From Nitrospirota bacterium (GTDB taxonomy: Bacteria; Nitrospirota; UBA9217): 64,000 nucleotides of DNA. The position numbers and the translations under genes were made by a program. The notes under the pieces were generated by a model. That model was not told where the DNA came from. It did not search any database and saw only the letters and a list, made by a program, of their open reading frames with translations. Shown one piece after another: positions 1 to 9,122 of this stretch. Location of the stretch: assembly GCA_963818475.1 (NCBI GenBank), contig CAWFSF010000006.1, forward strand, positions 832,001-896,000, written 5' to 3'. How positions within the stretch are numbered: position 1 is the first letter of the stretch; every line of letters starts with the position of its first letter.

Positions 1-8
1 GGTAGTAA

Positions 9-167
9 AGAAACCAGCGGCAATTGGCAGGGGCGAATACGTACTACTACCACAACGATCATTTATATACCCCGCAGAAGATGACGGATAGCACCGGGAC
101 GGTTGTATGGGCTGCGGATTATAAACCGTTCGGTGAAGCGACGATCACGAGGTATTGGGTAGAGTAG
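9..167 (+). pseudogene. RHS/YD-repeat core fragment
   Basis: Hand translation gives ...YYYHNDHLYTPQKMTDSTGTVVWAADYKPFGEAT..., a typical RHS core motif. In-frame stops at 3-8 and no start codon; the frame runs into the hairpin at 153-204. Confidence 0.75.
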
Positions 168-204
168 AGAGCTGGTCAATACCAGCTCTCTACTCTACCC
201 CAAT
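153..204. repeat. Palindrome built from two inverted group II intron 3' ends
   Basis: The reverse complement of 153-177 equals 50724-50748 exactly (GACCAGCTCTCTACTCTACCCAATA). 171-204 matches 50712-50747 with two small indels. Confidence 0.8.
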
Positions 205-348
205 GATCCAATGATCCCTGACATTCTACCGTCGATGGTCGATCATATATAAATCATTCTTAAGTCCTATTGACACCGGATGGGCCTGTGTTAAATTTAT
301 TCATATATAGCGATGAAGCGTGAAATCCTGCGAAGGAGGAATAGATCA

Positions 349-876
349 ATGAAAAGAGGATTTTTTGCGGCAGTGGTTGCCTTTTGCGTTTTGGTAACGC
401 TCCCCGTATTTGCAGCGGATGTGGTGGTTTCGATGAATCTCGTCACCGAGCAGGGCATCGGCAAAAGCATCGGCACGATCACGATCAGCGAAGGGCCGGC
501 AGGACTCGTATTCACGCCTCAGCTCACCGATCTGCCCCCCGGCTTTCATGGATTTCACGTTCACCAGAACGCGGACTGTGCGGCAGGCATGAAGGACGGT
601 AAGATGGTCCCCGGCCTTGCGGCAGGCGGGCATTACGATCCTGCCAATACCGCCAAACATGAAGGTCCGCACGGCAAGGGTCATATCGGCGACCTCCCAT
701 TGCTCACTGTCGGAGCTGACGGCAAAGCCGTGACAGCGGTCTCCGCCCCCCGTTTGAAGATGGCGGACGTGAAAGGCCGCTCTCTGATGATCCATGCAGG
801 CGGCGACAACTATTCCGATCTGCCGGCATCGCTGGGCGGTGGCGGCGCGAGGGTTGCCTGCGGCGTCATCAAATAG
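349..876 (+). CDS. sodC: Periplasmic Cu/Zn superoxide dismutase
   Basis: Signal peptide; [28 protein letters not shown] and [12 protein letters not shown] motifs; GGAGGA RBS before ATG 349. Confidence 0.95.
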   Translation: MKRGFFAAVVAFCVLVTLPVFAADVVVSMNLVTEQGIGKSIGTITISEGPAGLVFTPQLTDLPPGFHGFHVHQNADCAAGMKDGKMVPGLAAGGHYDPANTAKHEGPHGKGHIGDLPLLTVGADGKAVTAVSAPRLKMADVKGRSLMIHAGGDNYSDLPASLGGGGARVACGVIK

Positions 877-928
877 CGCTTTCACGCGTCGGGCCTACCA
901 TAATCTGCTTTTTTCTAAATAATAATAT

Positions 929-954
929 TATCCCCCGCTAAAGAGCGGGGGATA
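929..954. terminator. Stem-loop after sodC
   Basis: TATCCCCCGCT-AAAG-AGCGGGGGATA inverted repeat. Confidence 0.55.
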
Positions 955-1130
955 CCTCATCAAACCTCGAATTCTCGCCAAACTCACCTCTGAATGTTTT
1001 TCATTGAAACTTCGTCGATTTTAGTCAATAATGCACTTCGCGGAACTAAGGATCGGCTGTTTCTGGTCTTGGTTATAAAGACCGGAACGAAAGCAAAATG
1101 CAGATCTGTTAAGATCCGCCGGAGGGTATT

Positions 1131-2417
1131 ATGGTTAAAAGTTCGCAGAGGACGTTCCTTGTTCTCTTGTCCGTTGTTCTTCTTGCCCTGTTCTCCGGAC
1201 TGTTTCTCAGGGGGATGATCATCAAGGATTTCCAGGATTATGTCGAGGGCGAGCGATCAGCTCTGGTTCGCCTGGTTTCGTCTGACATGGAAGAGTCCTA
1301 CGAAAAAAACCGGAAATGGGACCGGGAGGCAGTGGCCGGCATCGCGGTCCGGGCACTGCAGCTTGGATTGCAGATGAAGCTGGTTGATATGCGCGGCGAC
1401 GTCGTGATCGACACGGAACAAGCCCTTGCGTTTCTGCCTTCCGACAGGGCATCCCGGATCCGTGAAACAGCAGGGTTTGTCGGGGATGACAACGTAACGG
1501 ACTATCGATCTTACCCACTCGTTATAGGTAGTGAAAATGCGGGCCGCCTTGACGTTAAGTTTCCAGGGAAGGGCAGGTCCGACGCATTCACCAGCCGCGC
1601 CGGCACCATTGTTCTGACAGGAGCGTTTTTGCTGGCAGTGCTGGTATTGGCGCTGATGAAGCTCATTTCGCGGAAACAAACCATGCCGGTCAGAAGGCCT
1701 GTCCCAACATCCGATGCTGCTGCTGTGCTGCAGGGAGTTATGCCGGTTTCAGTTAAGGGTGAAACGGCAACTGTCCCTGTGGCTGAGAAAGAAAAGGCCT
1801 CTGAGGTCAATTCTCCTGCATTAAGCATTGCTGTTGCCACGGAGGAAGAACCGGAAGACCCGCTCGACGCGGATGATGAGGATATGCAGCCGCTTGCAGG
1901 CGATCCGGACAGAATATCCAAGATCGTTAAGGGATTGGATGGACTGGCAAAGGCACAAGCGATCCGCAGCGCGCTGCAGAAGCAGCCACTTGAACTCTCA
2001 TCGTATCTGAACAGCATCGTTGAAAAAACACGTCAGTCTTTGACAGGCACTGATGTCACCTTTAGTGTGGAATGCAGGAACGATCTCGTCATATCAGCTG
2101 ACCCTGAGTGTCTGATGGGGATCATGACCAACCTTCTGGAGAATGCAGCAAAAGCGGTGAAGCATGACGGGACCGTGACCGTCAGTGCATCGGAGAAGGG
2201 CGACCAGATAGAGTTCGCGGTCAGCGATACGGGATGCGGGATCAGGCGGAAGGCTCTTCCGCATATTTACGAGCGTTTTTATCGAGGGTCGGGAGACGGC
2301 ATCGGCCTGGGGCTTACCATTGTAAAGGAACTGGTCGATGCCTGCGCAGGGACCATAGCGGTTCAATCAACAAGGGGCAAGGGCTCGGTTTTTACCGTTT
2401 CCATCCCTCGTTCCTGA
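1131..2417 (+). CDS. Membrane sensor kinase-like protein (BaeS-like) with no recognisable H-box
   Basis: Two TM segments and a C-terminal HATPase (NLLENA, DTGCGI, GIGLGL). The HAMP/HisKA region is replaced by a low-complexity acidic linker. Confidence 0.8.
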   Translation: MVKSSQRTFLVLLSVVLLALFSGLFLRGMIIKDFQDYVEGERSALVRLVSSDMEESYEKNRKWDREAVAGIAVRALQLGLQMKLVDMRGDVVIDTEQALAFLPSDRASRIRETAGFVGDDNVTDYRSYPLVIGSENAGRLDVKFPGKGRSDAFTSRAGTIVLTGAFLLAVLVLALMKLISRKQTMPVRRPVPTSDAAAVLQGVMPVSVKGETATVPVAEKEKASEVNSPALSIAVATEEEPEDPLDADDEDMQPLAGDPDRISKIVKGLDGLAKAQAIRSALQKQPLELSSYLNSIVEKTRQSLTGTDVTFSVECRNDLVISADPECLMGIMTNLLENAAKAVKHDGTVTVSASEKGDQIEFAVSDTGCGIRRKALPHIYERFYRGSGDGIGLGLTIVKELVDACAGTIAVQSTRGKGSVFTVSIPRS

Positions 2418-2456
2418 CCGGCAGGACAGCGAAAGCATGAACCTGAAAAGATTATT

Positions 2457-2610
2457 TGGACGCAGATAAAATCTGATGAACGCGGATAAACCTGAAAAAG
2501 CATTTAACACGGGAGGAGCGGATTAAATAAAGACTCGCCCTTGTGGTGAAAGTTCTGTCACCTGAATGCCTGGCTTTATCAGCGAAAATCTGCATAAATC
2601 TGCGTCCTAC
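2457..2610. repeat. Long imperfect inverted repeat of ~9-nt (CGCAGAT/ATCTGCG) units
   Basis: GGACGCAGATAAAATCTGATGAACGCGGATAA pairs with TTATCAGCGAAAATCTGCATAAATCTGCGTCC. A related half-arm lies at about 24467-24495. Confidence 0.6.
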
Positions 2611-2645
2611 TGCCGTTATTAGGATGAAAGCTAAACATCATAAAG

Positions 2646-2682
2646 AAGCCCCGTCTGCAATGCAGGCGGGGCCTTTATTTTT
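2646..2682. terminator. Probable bidirectional intrinsic terminator
   Basis: GCCCCGTCTGCA-A-TGCAGGCGGGGC followed by a T-rich tract, between convergent genes. Confidence 0.7.
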
Positions 2683-2703
2683 AAAAGATGACGGTCGGCG
2701 TTC

Positions 2704-3788
2704 TTACTTCTTTCGATAGAACGGCAGCTCCATGGTCTTTGCCGCGATCTCGCGGTCCTTGAGCTTCGATCTCGATCTCCTGTCCGGGCTGCGCGTAGCG
2801 GCTGATGACATAGCCGAGGCCGATGCCGTTCCGGAGGTAGGGCGAATGGTTGCCGCTCGTCACGACCCCGATATCGCGGCTTTCGGAAAAGATGCTGCCC
2901 CCTTCGCGCGGGATCCCCTTGTCGAGCAGCATGAACCCGGCAAGTTTCTGCTTGATGTCATCAGGTTTCAGCTTGAGGAGCGCTTCTTTGCCGATGAAAT
3001 CTTTTTTGAAATTCACGAAGCGGTCGAGGCCGGACTCGATCGGCGTGCGGGTCTCGTCTATTTCGTTCCCGTACAGAGCATACCCCATTTCAAGGCGAAG
3101 CATGTCCCGGCTGCCCTGGCCGCAGGGGAGCAGTCCGCTCTCCTGACCTGCTTCCAGGATGGCGTCCCAGAGCTGTTCTGCGTGCGAGGCGGGAACGAAG
3201 AGCTCATAGCCGTGCTCGCCGGTATAGCCCGTGCGGGAAACGATCGCCGTTATTCCGACGAGCTTGCGTTCACGGACTCCCCGGAGTCTCATCGCTTTCA
3301 CATGGGCGCCGGTGAGCTTCTCGAGGACCTTAAGCGACCGTGGGCCCTGGAGCGCAATTTGTGCCAGGGAACGGGTCTGGTCAATGATCTCCACGTTCGT
3401 ACCCGCGTTCGTCGTGAGCCACGAGATGATCTTTTCCGTGTTCGATGCGTTGGTGCAGAGCAGAAATCCGTCATCACCCGGCAGATGGAGCAGCATGGCG
3501 TTGTCCAGGATGCGGCCGTGCATTATTGCAGAGAAGTCCGTAGGCAGCTGCTCCTGGGGCCAGATTATCTATGTTCCGGGTAAAGACCCGCTGCAGGAAA
3601 GCACCGGCATCGGCGCCTTTGATCGCAATGCGGCCGAGAAAGCTGACATCGAAGAGGCCGGCAGCAGTGCGCACGGCATGGTATTCATCAAGCACCGTGG
3701 AATACTGGAGCGGGATCTGCCAGCCCTGGAAATCGGTCATCTTTGCCTGTAACTGCAGCTGTTTCTGGTGGAGAATGGTCTGTTTCAT
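2704..3788 (-). CDS. gcvT: Glycine cleavage system aminomethyltransferase T (two apparent frameshifts)
   Basis: MKQTILH...EYHAVRTAAGLFDVS in one frame, SRTGYTGEHGYE and LRLEMGYALYGNEI in the next, and C-terminal KDREIAAKTMELPFYRKK in a third. Shifts near 3521 and 2764. Confidence 0.9.
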
Positions 3789-3867
3789 GGCGCCTCCAAG
3801 TTCATCTCGCTGGTACAGACATTCCCGGCACACAACACCATGCGGTTCAGTACGATCAGGTAAGGTC

Positions 3868-4930
3868 TTATTTTATGCGGAGCTTCTCGGTATCCGTGGA
3901 GGCATTTGCCAGCTTATGCAGGTCCTTGGGATGGAAAGCGCCCTTTTCAGTAATGATGGCGGTGATGTAGCGTGCAGGCGTCACGTCAAAGGCAGGATTG
4001 GCCACCTTGACGTTGTCCGGCGCGATCTGGACCTTGCCGAACACGTGGGTCACTTCGCGGGGATCGCGCTCCTCGATCGGGATGCCAGCGCCCGATTCAG
4101 TATTAAAGTCGATCGTCGAGAACGGCGCTGCCACGTAGAAGGGGATGCCGTGCTCCTTGCAGAGCACTGCCAGGCTGTAGGTCCCGATCTTGTTCGCCAC
4201 GTCTCCGTTTTTGGCAATGCGGTCCGCACCGACAATGGCCAGATCGACCATATCGCGGAACATGAAATAGCCCGCCATGTTGTCGGTAATGAGCGTGCAG
4301 GGGATCTTTTCTTCCATCAGCTCCCAGGCAGTCAGGCGCGCGCCCTGCAGGACCGGACGGGTCTCGTCCACGTACACATGGATCTTTTTTCCCGCTTCCA
4401 CGGCGGCGCGCATGACGCCCTCGGCGGTACCGTAGCCGGCGGTCGCGATCGATCCGGCATTGCAGTGCGTGATGACGTTGTCGCCGTCGGCGACGAACGC
4501 AGCGCCGAAGGCGCCCATTTTTCTGTTCGTGGCGATATCTTCGTCATGCATGCGCTGCGATTCATCGACGAGCATTTCACGGAGCGCATCAAGGGACTGG
4601 TCCTTGTTCTTCTGCACGAACTGCTTGATGCTGGTCGATGGCCCAGAACAGATTGACCGCCGTAGGCCGCGTGGCCGCCATATGGGAGCAGATCTCTTCG
4701 AATTGGGGCCAGAAGGCATCAAAGGTATTCGCCTTGATCTGGCGCGATCCGAGAGCAAGCCCCATGGCCGCTGAAACGCCGATGGCAGGCGCTCCGCGAA
4801 CCCACAGCTCCTTGATGCCCCTCGCGACGGTCTGATAGTCCTTGCAGTCGTTATACACGATCTCGATCGGCAGTTTTGTCTGGTCAAGCATACGGACGAT
4901 GCCGTCTTTCCATTCGACGGTAGGTATCAT
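3868..4930 (-). CDS. mtnA: S-methyl-5-thioribose-1-phosphate isomerase (one apparent frameshift)
   Basis: [15 protein letters not shown] and [11 protein letters not shown], then after a shift near 4633 [39 protein letters not shown] and NPAFDVTP. Confidence 0.93.
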
Positions 4931-5105
4931 GGGGAAGTTCTCCTTTAGGATTACGTGCAGGTGAGTAGCAGTACTGATTTAAATATAAAGGATACGGAAG
5001 GAATTGTCAAAAAAAAACTGGCGAATGGCTTAGATTGGCACTGTTATAAGGGCGTTTTTACGGCGCGCTACCTGTCTCTGTAGTTTGCCGGTTCTGAATT
5101 AAATC

Positions 5106-5139
5106 CGTAGGGGCAAACCCTGTGAGGCCTGCCCCTATG
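5106..5139. repeat. GTAG-type REP-like palindrome
   Basis: CGTAGGGGCA...TGCCCCTATG. Confidence 0.55.
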
Positions 5140-5153
5140 GATCATTTTGCTGA

Positions 5154-6074
5154 TCACTTCCCCAGCACCTGCCCGACCTTCAACTCCGGCTCTTCGGCAG
5201 AGCTATCGTCGTTACTTGTTTCTTCCCATTCCATGTTGATTATTTCAAGGCTGCCATTGCCCGTTGCCACGAGCAGCGGGTCGAGCGACAGCACTTCTCC
5301 CGGGGTTCCCTTGGCGGGGCCGGCTGGTGTGGCCCACCAGATAAGCATCTTCATACCGCCCGCTTCGGTAAATGCGCCGGGGTAGGGCTGGGTGAGCGCG
5401 CGGACCAGACTGTAGATGTTGTCGGAGCCTGCTGTCCAGTCGATGCGTCCGTCCTCGGGCTTCCGACGTCCGAAATAGGTCGCCTGCGATTCGTCCTGCG
5501 CGCGTCGCGGGGCCGTACCCGCGGTCAATGCGTCGAGCTGGCGTTCTAGCACAACGCGTGCGGCCTTGACGCACTTGCCGAAGACCTCCTGCACCGTATC
5601 TTCCTTTCCGATGAGTACCGCTTCCTGGTCCACGATATCGCCGGCGGCAGCCCGCTTTACCATATGGTGCAGGGTCATGCCGGTCTGCTTCTCGCCGTTC
5701 AGTATGGCCCAGTTGATGGGGTCGTGGCCGCGGTATTTCGGGAGGAGGGAGCCGTGCATATTGAACGCCCCGAGACGAGGCACGCTGAGGGTCTCTTCAG
5801 CGATCATGTTCCGGTAGAAAAAGGAAAGGATGAGGTCGGGAGCCCAGGACCGGATCTTCGCGATCCAATCGGGCGAGTTGACCGACTCCGGTGTATGGAC
5901 CGGAATGTCGTATTTGGCAGCCAGTTTCGCCACCGATTTGAACCAGATATCTTCGTTGGGATCGTCCTTGTGGGTAATGACGGCCATGATGTATTCATCA
6001 TTCTGGATCAGGGCCTGCAGGCATTCATAGCCCACGTCGTGATAGGCGAAAACGAGTATTGCGGGTTTAGTCAT
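5154..6074 (-). CDS. Formyltransferase, ArnA N-terminal-like
   Basis: VFAYHDVG, LSFFYR, NMHGSLLPKYRG, YFGRRKPEDGRIDW and VRALTQPYPGAF motifs. Confidence 0.9.
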   Translation of the reverse strand: MTKPAILVFAYHDVGYECLQALIQNDEYIMAVITHKDDPNEDIWFKSVAKLAAKYDIPVHTPESVNSPDWIAKIRSWAPDLILSFFYRNMIAEETLSVPRLGAFNMHGSLLPKYRGHDPINWAILNGEKQTGMTLHHMVKRAAAGDIVDQEAVLIGKEDTVQEVFGKCVKAARVVLERQLDALTAGTAPRRAQDESQATYFGRRKPEDGRIDWTAGSDNIYSLVRALTQPYPGAFTEAGGMKMLIWWATPAGPAKGTPGEVLSLDPLLVATGNGSLEIINMEWEETSNDDSSAEEPELKVGQVLGK

Positions 6075-6776
6075 GGGTCCCTTCTTTCTGTGTGTCGATC
6101 TTTTCGCAGACCGTCCGAATGACGAGCCGGTGAAGGCGTCGGGATGAGGGCGGCGTCACGCCGCCACAATGCGTTCGAAGCGGCCTGATTTATTGTCAAC
6201 TGAATGCATGGTTATTATAGCGTCGGAATAGCGCCTGGCAGGCGTCGGGGAGGGAGAGGTCGCATGCCCCGGCTGGAGATGAACTATCCGTATGGTTGAA
6301 GGACCGATCCTTGTCAGGTAGAATTTTACTGATTTTACAGTCTGGCATGCGCTTTGTCAAACATATTATCTATGCATTCAGGGAATTACCGGTAAGGAAT
6401 CGCATGTTCTCACCCCATGCTGGTGAATTGCGGTGCGAACGGGGAATGTGTTTCATTTTTCACCGTTGTTTGTTTGGAAATGAGCCGCCTCTGGAGCGTG
6501 TGTTGAATTGTTTAGATTGCATGCGTTCAATAGGCAAGGCCCTTAAACAGAATATGCAGCATGCTGCGGTGAGCGGTCCATTTCATTTACTGTTCCGAGC
6601 AAGAACATATTTGGCCGGGTCTTTCTCCTTGAAATAATCAATTCTATCTGTTATCGTCATAGAACAGTTTGCCCCCACGTTGGGTAGGGCAGGGGGGACG
6701 AAGCCGAGACTCACTACCATGATGCATGGGGGGGGCCGTTTCCCGAACGCTTGACGGGGTTTTTGGAACCATATAA

Positions 6777-7487
6777 ATGAGCTCACCTATCGACAACACA
6801 CCATGTCCCTTGTGCCGTACCGAAAAAGTACGTGAATATTCCCAGGACAAACGGCGTAATTATTACCAGTGTCAGATCTGCAGCCTGGTGTTCGTCCCTT
6901 TCCGTCAGTTCCTGTCCGCAGAAGATGAAAAGAAAAGGTACGATCTGCACCAGAACTCGCCTCAGGACGTGAACTACCGCCGCTTCTTAAGCCGCCTGTT
7001 TTTTCCCCTGCAACAACATCTGACTCCGGGCAGCCAAGGTCTGGATTTCGGCTCCGGTCCCGAGCCAACGCTCTCCCGGATGTTCGTAGATGCCGGTCAT
7101 ACCATGACGCTCTTCGACTATTTTTATGAACCGGTTCCTGCAGTACTGGAGCAACAATACGACTTCATAACCGCCACCGAGGTGGTGGAGCATCTGCATG
7201 ATCCCCAAAAGGAACTGGAACGGTTGTGGACTTGCCTGAAGCCGGGCGGGTGGCTCGGCATCATGACAAATCTTTCTGTTGATCGAGACGCGTTCACGCA
7301 ATGGTATTATAAGAACGACCTTACGCATGTCTGCTTCTTTTCCAGGACGACCTTTGCCTGGCTGGCCCTGCAGTGGCATGCAGAGGTGATCTTTGCAGAC
7401 AGCGATGTCGCGCTCTTCCACAAAATGCCTGTTCCTTCGACGTCCACGCCGGTCGGCGTAAGGAAAAAAGGTGGCTCTTTCGTATAA
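6777..7487 (+). CDS. Class I SAM-dependent methyltransferase with N-terminal zinc ribbon
   Basis: CPLC...CQIC, GLDFGSGP, TEVVEHL, LKPGG and WYYKNDLTHV motifs. Confidence 0.88.
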   Translation: MSSPIDNTPCPLCRTEKVREYSQDKRRNYYQCQICSLVFVPFRQFLSAEDEKKRYDLHQNSPQDVNYRRFLSRLFFPLQQHLTPGSQGLDFGSGPEPTLSRMFVDAGHTMTLFDYFYEPVPAVLEQQYDFITATEVVEHLHDPQKELERLWTCLKPGGWLGIMTNLSVDRDAFTQWYYKNDLTHVCFFSRTTFAWLALQWHAEVIFADSDVALFHKMPVPSTSTPVGVRKKGGSFV

Positions 7488-7682
7488 TAGTTTACCTTCA
7501 GAAACTCGAAAAAGAACATTTCAGGAGAAATGGAGAGGAATGGTGAAATGGGGTTAAATTGTTATTAAATGACGCTACCCCTTTTCCCCCAGCTTCCCCA
7601 TTTCTCCTCCAAAGAGGTTCTTGATCTTGGATTTCGGTTTTATGAGTCTTTCAACCTAAATACGAATGAACAAAAAACGTAT

Positions 7683-8435
7683 ATGAAAACACTACCTATC
7701 GTATATCAGGATGAGCACCTGGTCGCGGTGAATAAACCGTCGGGACTTCTGGTCCACCGCAGCAGCATCGACCGCCATGAAAATGAAAATGCCATGAAGA
7801 TCGTCCGGGACCAGCTCGGGCAGTGGGTCTATCCTTTCCATCGTCTAGACAAAGCCACCTCGGGAGTACTGGTCTTCGCACTGGACCAGGAAACTGCCCG
7901 TCGTATGACCCAGGCTTTTACCGATGGCAAGATTTCGAAAGAATATCTTGCCATCGTGCGGGGGGTCACCAAAGAGGCGGAGCGCATCGACCATCCCTTG
8001 AAGGACATTGCGGACAAGATGACCGATCAAAAAGCGGATAAGGACAAGCCGGCAAAACAATCGGTTACCGACTATCGGCGGTTGGCGTCAATTGAACTGC
8101 CTCATCCGGTGGGCCGTTATTCCACTGCACGCTATTCCCTCATTGCCGTGAGCCCTTTAACTGGCCGCAATCACCAGATACGGCGCCACATGAAGCACAT
8201 TTTTCACCCTGTTATAGGGGACACCACCTATGGCGACGGCAAACAGAACGACTTTTTCCGCAGGCAGTTCTCCTGTCATCGATTGTTACTGCATGCCTAT
8301 AAGACCGATTTCGTCCATCCTTACACCGGCCAACCGCTCCATATCCGGGCGCCGTTGGACCACACCTTCGCCACTCTGCTGGAGGGACTGCAATGGGGCC
8401 AGCTGAGACGTGAAGTGCTGCAAGGAGGTTCATGA
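7683..8435 (+). CDS. truC: tRNA pseudouridine synthase C (RluA family)
   Basis: VNKPSGLLVH, HRLDKATSG, GRYSTARYSL and TGRNHQIRRHMKHIFHPVIGDTTYG motifs; start taken at MKTLPIVY. Confidence 0.85.
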   Translation: MKTLPIVYQDEHLVAVNKPSGLLVHRSSIDRHENENAMKIVRDQLGQWVYPFHRLDKATSGVLVFALDQETARRMTQAFTDGKISKEYLAIVRGVTKEAERIDHPLKDIADKMTDQKADKDKPAKQSVTDYRRLASIELPHPVGRYSTARYSLIAVSPLTGRNHQIRRHMKHIFHPVIGDTTYGDGKQNDFFRRQFSCHRLLLHAYKTDFVHPYTGQPLHIRAPLDHTFATLLEGLQWGQLRREVLQGGS

Positions 8436-8926
8436 TGCAACGAATGTTCATTTCACTAGTTCTGATCATTGGTATGACGATTATTGCGGTTTTGAGCCTG
8501 ACGAGCTGCCATAAAGCAACGGAAGAAGACAAGATAAAAAACATCATCGCCGGGATACAGAAGGCCGCCGCGGAAAAGGACGCACGGACCGTGCTGGGTC
8601 ATCTGTCCAAGAGCTATCACGACCCGCAGGGCAACGACTACGACGGAATAAGGGGATTGCTCCTTTTCTACTTTATGAGACACCGGCAGGTGCACGTGTA
8701 TGTGCCGAATCTCGATATTGCGATCGAAAACTATGCAGCCCAGGCGTCCTTTCAGGCGGTCCTGACTGGTGCAGGAGAAGGCGTCGCAGAGGGGGGCAAG
8801 GGACTGCTGCCCGAAGCACTCGGCGTCTACGCATTTAACGTGGCCATGCAGAAGGAATCCGGCGAATGGAAAATCACCTCTGCAAAGTGGGAGCGCATGG
8901 GTGAAGGGACGGTACCGAACGAATGA
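8432..8926 (+). CDS. Putative lipoprotein, NTF2/SnoaL-like fold
   Basis: Lipobox-like LTSC, LSKSYHD motif, C-terminal GEWKIT. Confidence 0.6.
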   Translation: MMQRMFISLVLIIGMTIIAVLSLTSCHKATEEDKIKNIIAGIQKAAAEKDARTVLGHLSKSYHDPQGNDYDGIRGLLLFYFMRHRQVHVYVPNLDIAIENYAAQASFQAVLTGAGEGVAEGGKGLLPEALGVYAFNVAMQKESGEWKITSAKWERMGEGTVPNE

Positions 8927-9122
8927 TCGGGCGCCGTACACGGTCGCAGGGGCAAATCGGATACGGCACAAGACGACAAAAGGTATTTCGCGCAGTCTCA
9001 GGTGAATCAACTGTGACACGCATGGGCCGGGATGTGTTATAGTACGCTATGGAGAAGCTCGCTTTCTGGGTGCCTCCGCTTGCAGGGCAAACTGCTCATG
9101 ACATAATGAGGAGCATTTCCGG

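Noticed and set aside
6296-6786. Short ORFs between the formyltransferase and the methyltransferase
   Set aside because: No recognisable motif or clear RBS; cannot be supported from the sequence.
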